NCBI GenBank assembly: GCA_963835065.1
Contig: CAWIEK010000044.1
Location: 64,001 to 128,000, forward strand
Length of the DNA: 64,000 nt
Direction of reading: 5' to 3'
From: an uncultured Chthonomonadaceae bacterium
GTDB lineage: Bacteria > Armatimonadota > Chthonomonadetes > Chthonomonadales > Chthonomonadaceae
How positions within the stretch are numbered: position 1 is the first letter of the stretch; each line of letters starts with the position of its first letter. A program made the position numbers and the translations under genes. This document shows positions 58,560 to 64,000 of the stretch, one piece after another. The notes under the pieces were generated by a model, which did no database searches, had not been told where the DNA came from, and saw only the letters and a program-made list of their open reading frames with translations.

Positions 58560-59714
58560 ATGCTGCTCCTTGGCCTGATGTCGGGCACGTCCGTAGACGG
58601 CATTGATGCTGCGCTGGTGGAGTTTGAAGGGCAGGGCGATGGGTTAAAGTGGACGCTGCCCGGGTTTACCTGCGTTCCCTGGGCTGTGGAACTGCGGGCG
58701 GCGATTTTGGACGCCTGCCGCCCGGACGCGAGGCTGCAAACCATAGTCGCGCTCAATGTGCGCTTAGGGGAAGCGTTTGCGGAAGCGGCGAAGGTGGCGG
58801 CGGACAAAATGGGCGTTTCGCTTGCCGATATTGGCTGCATCGCGTCGCATGGGCAAACCGTGTGGCATCAGCCGACGCCGCTTACAATTGCGGGACAGGC
58901 CGTGACGGGAACGCTGCAAATTGGGGAGCCGAGCGTGATTGCCGCCCGAACCGGCTGCGTGGTCGTGGCGGATTTTCGGACGGCGGATATGGCCGTTGGC
59001 GGACAGGGCGCTCCGCTTGTGCCGTTTGCCGATTACGCGCTGTTCCACTCCGCAACGGAAACCCGCGTCGTACAGAACATCGGCGGCATCGCCAACCTGA
59101 CGTATCTTCCGGCAGGGGGCGGATTGGAAGAGGTAATCGCTTTTGATACGGGGCCGGGCAACATGCTGCTGGACGCTCTGATGCAGCGTATCACTGAGGG
59201 CGCAAGGCAATATGATGCGGAAGGCGCTTTCGCCGGGCGTGGAAACATCTGCGCGCCCCTGCTGGAATTGTTTTTGGACGATCCCTATTTTGCCCTGCCG
59301 CCCCCGAAAACAACGGGGCGCGAACAGTTCGGGCAGGCGTATGCCGACCGCTTTTATCAGGAAGCGCAGAAATTCGGCTGTGGAAACGAAGACATTCTGG
59401 CGACAGCCACGCGCCTGACGGCCCAAACTATTGCCCGCGCCTGCCGGGATTGGCTGCCGGCGCAGGGACCAATAGACACGGTGATTGTCGGTGGGGGCGG
59501 AACTGCGAACCTGCCCCTGATGCAAATGCTAAGGGACTTGCTGGCCCCGGCGCGAATTACCACTTCTGCCGAGTTCGGCCTGCCCGATGACGCCAAAGAA
59601 GCCGTCGCGTTCGCGCTGCTGGCCTACGAAACGCTGCACGGACGCCCCTCGAATGTGCCGTCCGCAACGGGCGCGAAGTCGGCGGCGATATTGGGCAAGA
59701 TTGTCTTGCCTTGA
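58560..59714 (+). CDS. anmK: Anhydro-N-acetylmuramic acid kinase (alternative start 58437)
   Basis: GLMSGTSVDGID, SHGQT, GGQGAPLVP, NIGGIAN, FDTGPGN, KEAVAFA. Confidence 0.95.
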   Translation: MLLLGLMSGTSVDGIDAALVEFEGQGDGLKWTLPGFTCVPWAVELRAAILDACRPDARLQTIVALNVRLGEAFAEAAKVAADKMGVSLADIGCIASHGQTVWHQPTPLTIAGQAVTGTLQIGEPSVIAARTGCVVVADFRTADMAVGGQGAPLVPFADYALFHSATETRVVQNIGGIANLTYLPAGGGLEEVIAFDTGPGNMLLDALMQRITEGARQYDAEGAFAGRGNICAPLLELFLDDPYFALPPPKTTGREQFGQAYADRFYQEAQKFGCGNEDILATATRLTAQTIARACRDWLPAQGPIDTVIVGGGGTANLPLMQMLRDLLAPARITTSAEFGLPDDAKEAVAFALLAYETLHGRPSNVPSATGAKSAAILGKIVLP

Positions 59715-59740
59715 CAAACGCTTGTCGGGTAGATTATACT
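59711..59740 (+). promoter_or_regulatory. sigma70-type promoter upstream of the purA leader
   Basis: TTGACA-18 nt-TATACT. Confidence 0.7.
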
Positions 59741-60047
59741 AAATAAAGTGGTTAGCCAGGCCCTCGGATGGATAGCGTATGCTATCCATTTTTCCTTTGA
59801 GGGGCACAGCAATCGCCTCCGAATCCCCTCTCACGTCCATTACGGATTTGAGAAGCCGCGTCACGTCTCGGCTTCTTGAAATGGCGAACCTGGCGGAGGG
59901 AAAAGGGAGGAACGGACCGCCCCGGTGGAAATCATGAGTGATAAGTGATGACTGATGAATGGGGCTGTTATTCATCACTCATCATTCATCATTCATCATT
60001 GTAAATGCGGTGTCGTCAGCCTCGGGGCAGGAGAGCGATAGAAAAAC

Positions 60048-61364
60048 ATGGCAAACATTGTGATCGTGGGCGCGCAGTGGGGCGACGAGGCCAAAGGCAA
60101 GATCATTGACTACCTCGCGTCCCAATCGGCGATGGTCGTTCGGTATGGCGGCGGCAATAACGCCGGCCATTCCGTGACGGTCGGAACCGAAGAGTACAAG
60201 TTTCACCTCATCCCCGCCGGTATTCTGCATCCCGGCATCCTCTGCGTGATTACGGATGGCGTGGTCATTGATCCGGGCGTCCTTGTCCGCGAACTCGATG
60301 GCTTGCAGGCGCGCGGCATTTCCCTGAGCAACCTGAAAATATCTACATCCACGCACATTATTTTGCCGTACCACCGCCTGCTCGACGAGCTGCAGGAGGA
60401 AAGCCGGGGCAATGAGAAGATCGGCACGACGGGCCGGGGCATCGGACCGGCGTACATGGATAAGGCGGCGCGAATCGGCATCCGCATGGGCGAGTTCGTG
60501 GACCCGGCGCGATTCGCAATCCGCTTGCGGGCGGTGCTGGCGGAAAAGAACGCCATTCTGACCAAAGTGTACGGGCATGAGGGGCTGGACGCGGACGCGC
60601 TTTTGCAGGAGTATCAGGGTTACGCCGAAACCCTGCGCCCGTATGTGCAGGACACGGCGGCACTGGTGAACCGGGTGGCGCGGAGCGGGGGCGGCGTGTT
60701 GTTTGAGGGCGCGCAGGGCACACTGCTCGATCTGGATTTGGGCACGTACCCGTATGTCACCTCCTCGCACCCGATTGCGGGCGGCGCGTGTATCGGAACC
60801 GGGGTCGGCCCGACAATGATTGACGGGGTTATCGGCGTGGCGAAGTCGTATACCACGCGGGTCGGGGCGGGCGTGTTTCCCACGGAACTGCTGAACGAAA
60901 CCGGGCATTACATCCGCGAACGGGGTCATGAGTACGGCACGACAACCGGACGCCCCCGACGCTGCGGCTGGCTGGACACGATGATTTTGCGGTACGCGGT
61001 GCAGGTAAATGGCCTGAGCTGCCTGGCGCTGGGGCATCTGGACGTGCTGGCTGGCTTGGACGAAGTGAAAATCTGCGTCGGATATGAAACCACGAGCGGT
61101 GAGCGGTTGGAAGACCTGCCTTCCGATCTGCCGTTCCGCACAGACCTCAAAGCCGTCTATGAAACCCTGCCCGGTTGGCCGGAAGACCTGTCAAATGCGC
61201 GTACAGTGGAAGAACTTCCTGCCAATGCCCGCGCGTTCGTCAGCCGGGTACAGGAACTCGTCGGCATTCCTATCGCCACGCTATCGGTCGGCCCTGCCCG
61301 CGAACAGACCATCATTGTAGACGGCGTGTTGGCAAGCGTTTTGCGCCCCGCCCCGCACACATAG
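60048..61364 (+). CDS. purA: Adenylosuccinate synthetase
   Basis: GAQWGDEAKGK, GGNNAGH, EGAQG, YPYVTSS, TTTGRPRRCGW. Confidence 0.98.
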   Translation: MANIVIVGAQWGDEAKGKIIDYLASQSAMVVRYGGGNNAGHSVTVGTEEYKFHLIPAGILHPGILCVITDGVVIDPGVLVRELDGLQARGISLSNLKISTSTHIILPYHRLLDELQEESRGNEKIGTTGRGIGPAYMDKAARIGIRMGEFVDPARFAIRLRAVLAEKNAILTKVYGHEGLDADALLQEYQGYAETLRPYVQDTAALVNRVARSGGGVLFEGAQGTLLDLDLGTYPYVTSSHPIAGGACIGTGVGPTMIDGVIGVAKSYTTRVGAGVFPTELLNETGHYIRERGHEYGTTTGRPRRCGWLDTMILRYAVQVNGLSCLALGHLDVLAGLDEVKICVGYETTSGERLEDLPSDLPFRTDLKAVYETLPGWPEDLSNARTVEELPANARAFVSRVQELVGIPIATLSVGPAREQTIIVDGVLASVLRPAPHT

Positions 61365-61384
61365 CGCTGCCTGCTGTGAAAAAA

Positions 61385-61414
61385 GAAGGGGCAAGGAACG
61401 TTTGCTGCCCCTTC
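61385..61414 (+). terminator. Hairpin downstream of purA
   Basis: gaaggggca / tgccccttc arms. Confidence 0.5.
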
Positions 61415-61430
61415 CATTTGCAAAACGAGG

Positions 61431-61459
61431 TTGACAGATTCGGCAAGTTGGGGTAGCAT
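61431..61459 (+). promoter_or_regulatory. sigma70-type promoter for the tRNA
   Basis: TTGACA-17 nt-TAGCAT. Confidence 0.6.
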
Positions 61460-61504
61460 AAGAGAGTGTGAAGCAGGCGCGAAAGCATTAAATAGCGCAG
61501 ATAT

Positions 61505-61580
61505 GAGAGCATAGCTCAGTCGGTAGAGCAACGCCCTTTTAAGGCGTGGGCCCTGGGTTCGAGTCCCAGTGCTCTCACCA
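61505..61580 (+). tRNA. tRNA-Lys(UUU)
   Basis: Acceptor GAGAGCA/TGCTCTC + ACCA; D-arm GCTCAGTCGGTAGAGC; anticodon arm ACGCC-CTTTTAA-GGCGT; T-loop TTCGAGT; 76 nt. Confidence 0.97.
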
Positions 61581-61594
61581 TTGGTTAATAAGCG

Positions 61595-61627
61595 CGATGG
61601 GGTAGAGTATCCAACTCTACCCCATCG
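61595..61627 (+). terminator. 14-bp hairpin after the tRNA
   Basis: cgatggggtagagt / actctaccccatcg followed by ttcgttt. Confidence 0.75.
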
Positions 61628-61774
61628 TTCGTTTGGGTACAGCAGCCGAATTAAGCCCTGTACAGGCATAATCCCGCCCAAAAGCCCGAACACTCCCTTG
61701 CCCGCGCCCGCGAGGAGAAAACGGGGCAGGTTTCTCCATTGGAGAAAGTCTACTGCAAGAACATAGAGTGCAAT

Positions 61775-62502
61775 ATGGTACAAAACCATGATGAACTAGC
61801 GACTCAGAGAACCGACTACGTTGCCTCCGCAACCAAAGCTGCACTCGGTTTGGTTCCGTTTGCAGGTTCGCTGTTGGCAGAGGTTGCCGGGACAGTCATT
61901 CCTAATCAGCGCGTGGATCGTTTGGTAAAGTTCGCGGAAGTGCTGGAAGAAAAGCTACGCGGGCTGGAACAAGAATTTGTTCGTTCTCAGGTAAATAATG
62001 AGAATTTTACGGACTTGCTGGAAGAAGGCATACGTCAGGCGGCGCGTTCGTTGAGTGATGAGCGCCGGGAACACATCGCAAGCCTGATTGCTACCAGTCT
62101 GTCTCAGGAGGACATAGAATACATCGAAGCGAACACTTGCTACGGATACTTGGAGAAATCAACGACATTGAAGTGATCTGGCTGAAGTATCATTATGATA
62201 GGCAGTTTGCAGGCTTTGCTGACGATATACGCGGGAAACATGTGGATATACTAGAACCAATCGTTGCAGGCTTGGGCGACCTCATTTTACAACAAAAGCG
62301 GGCAATTCAGATTAGCTATTCAGACCATTTAGCGAAGTTGGGATTACTAGACCGTCTTTACAACGCTGGCGGAATAACGAGTGCGCTTGAATTTGATGCC
62401 TCTGGCAGCATGAAGGTTCGGGGATACGAAGTCACCCGATTAGGAAACATCCTTGTTCGCTCAATTATGCCCGAACATACAGAAAGCAAACCCAACATTT
62501 GA
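61775..62502 (+). CDS. Abi-alpha/DUF4393-like hypothetical protein; frameshift near 62132
   Basis: ALGLVPFAG N-terminus, ERREHIASLI, (K)HLLRIL, HLAKLGLL...YEVTRLG winged-helix-like end; adding one A joins the ORFs. Confidence 0.5.
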
Positions 62503-62542
62503 CTACACGGTGAAACAGTAGAGCGAAGTAGGCTAAACAATT

Positions 62543-63295
62543 ATGATTGAGCCAATTTATCCGGTGGAATTTGAATTAGATTGCAAGAAACTGGCAGGAG
62601 CGACACATGGGGCTTTGATCGTCAGACTGGCGATGGCAGTAAGTGACCTTGCGAAAACCAGTTTTCTTGTAAAATTAGGTAATCTTTACGGCTCAGATGC
62701 GGACGTTTCTTAACCTTCAGAGGCTGCTGATGCTTATTTGAGCGACTACTTTAAAGCAGAGCGAACAACTTTAAGTTTCCGACTTTATGCAATGCGTATG
62801 CAGGCTGGACATGTGCGCGAAGGTGTTCACATCGTGAAAGACATTGCAAAGTCTGAACAGGATTTCATGCCCTGTTTTAGTAAATTGAACTTAGAAGATA
62901 AGGCAGCATACGAGTATTTCAAAGCCTGTTGGCGGAAAGACTCCGACGAAGAAAAAGAGTTTATGAAGTATGTGGGTGATCTGCGCCATTCAGTAACGTT
63001 TCACTATGACCAAACCGCCGTAAAGAACGCACTGGCGCAAATGGCAGACCGCAATGACCTGTCAACAAGCAAACTGATCCTTGATGAGGATGTTCATAAA
63101 CCTACATTTCCTATTGCGGACGGGGTAATCATGTGTGCCATTGGTTCAGGATGTTGGGGAATTGACATATTCAATTCGCAGGGACAAGAAGAACTGAAGG
63201 ATAGGATTGCTTGGATGGGACAACAAAGCCAACGCTTTTACCATTTCGGCAGAAGCCTTTGCACATACTATTTTACAGATTATCTTGCAAAATAG
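62543..63295 (+). pseudogene. HEPN-like protein with an in-frame TAA at 62711-62713
   Basis: ATG 62543 is in frame with 62738..63295; DLRHSVTFHYD fits the Rx4-6H HEPN motif. Confidence 0.5.
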
Positions 63296-63523
63296 TTTGC
63301 TTGGGTTGGTTCTCTGTTGGCGATATTCGCGCTTTCATGGTGATAAGCACCCGGTTCCTTATTTGAGAACCGGGCGCTTGTGTTGTTGGATGGCAGGCAT
63401 TGCAGCCCTTGCCGGCAACTTTCTCCATTGGAGAAACGGTAAAACACAACAGCCACAGGAACCGCGAATAGGCGGCCTGTGGCTGTTTGACTGTGTAGAC
63501 TGGTTCCTGCTGTGGGCAGGGCG

Positions 63524-64000
63524 CTAAACGGTTTTGCTGGCCTGTTTGCGGCGGCGCAGGAAGGCGGCTCCGGCGAGGGTCATGCCGGTGAGGAGGGCGA
63601 TGGAGCCGGGTTCGGGAACAGCGGCGGGAGTGAATTGAATGGTGTCTAGCGCCAAACCGCTGCTGGACAGTGTTGTGATGTGGATACGGTCGAACGTCTC
63701 GTTCCGAAAGCCGACGAAGCCTGCTCCTGGAGATGTAGGAACAATCAACGTGGCGCTGTCCACTGTTGTTGATCCGAGCAGGGCCGTGAACGTGTAAGAA
63801 TTGTTCAGATCTACGGCGGCAAAGGCGGCGGCGGACACCGGGGTATTGAAGATAATGTCGTATGGCCCGGCAGTGAAGGTAGCCGTGTTTCGATTGTATG
63901 TGTCCGTGTACGCGCCGGAAAACCCTGTGGAGCCGAGTACATTAGTGAAATCTGTCGAGTCATAGTAGAGCAGGCCGCTGAAGGTGACGCCCTGTGTGGA
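63524..64000 (-). CDS. PEP-CTERM sorting-domain protein (5' truncated by the window)
   Basis: VPEPGSIALLTGMTLAGAAFLRRRK C-terminus; frame is open to the window end. Confidence 0.92.
   Translation of the reverse strand, partial: STQGVTFSGLLYYDSTDFTNVLGSTGFSGAYTDTYNRNTATFTAGPYDIIFNTPVSAAAFAAVDLNNSYTFTALLGSTTVDSATLIVPTSPGAGFVGFRNETFDRIHITTLSSSGLALDTIQFTPAAVPEPGSIALLTGMTLAGAAFLRRRKQASKTV

Overview
A 64-kb GC-rich bacterial window. The host is possibly Armatimonadota, inferred only from the PEP-CTERM, DUF4058 and Rpn content. About the first 39 kb is a conflict-system super-locus with three parts. (1) 1-13439 (+): the distal half of a capsid-less contractile injection system (eCIS-like), with a short Rhs, a split gpD/gpV spike, a PAAR-like tip, gp25, baseplate J/I and a tail fibre. 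(2) 13474-30108 (-): a highly divergent type VI secretion-like operon. Its core resembles, by eye, the Bacteroidota T6SS-iii set (DUF5458-like sheath with a long N-terminal extension, TssD-like tube, TssF/G/K-like proteins). It lacks TssJLM, TssE and ClpV, ends in three unrecognised membrane proteins, and carries a VgrG-M91 peptidase fusion plus a proteobacterial-style DUF1795(Eag)/prePAAR-PAAR-EndoU toxin/immunity module. (3) 30602-39393 (+): transcribed divergently from (2), a type III-D-like CRISPR effector module (CARF-nuclease, compact HD-less Cas10 with GGDD, Csx10, Cas11, three Cas7, Csx19-like, a second Cas11-like fusion) with no array, cas6 or cas1/2 in the window. The remainder is mostly housekeeping: ABC transporter, Rpn, alr, Ala-Glu epimerase, anmK, purA and tRNA-Lys(UUU). 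It also holds REP/MITE-like palindromes, heptamer repeats, a structured purA leader and a small degraded defence-like cassette after the tRNA. Many single-base frameshifts suggest uncorrected assembly errors. All family assignments are by-eye motif recognition; no searches were run.
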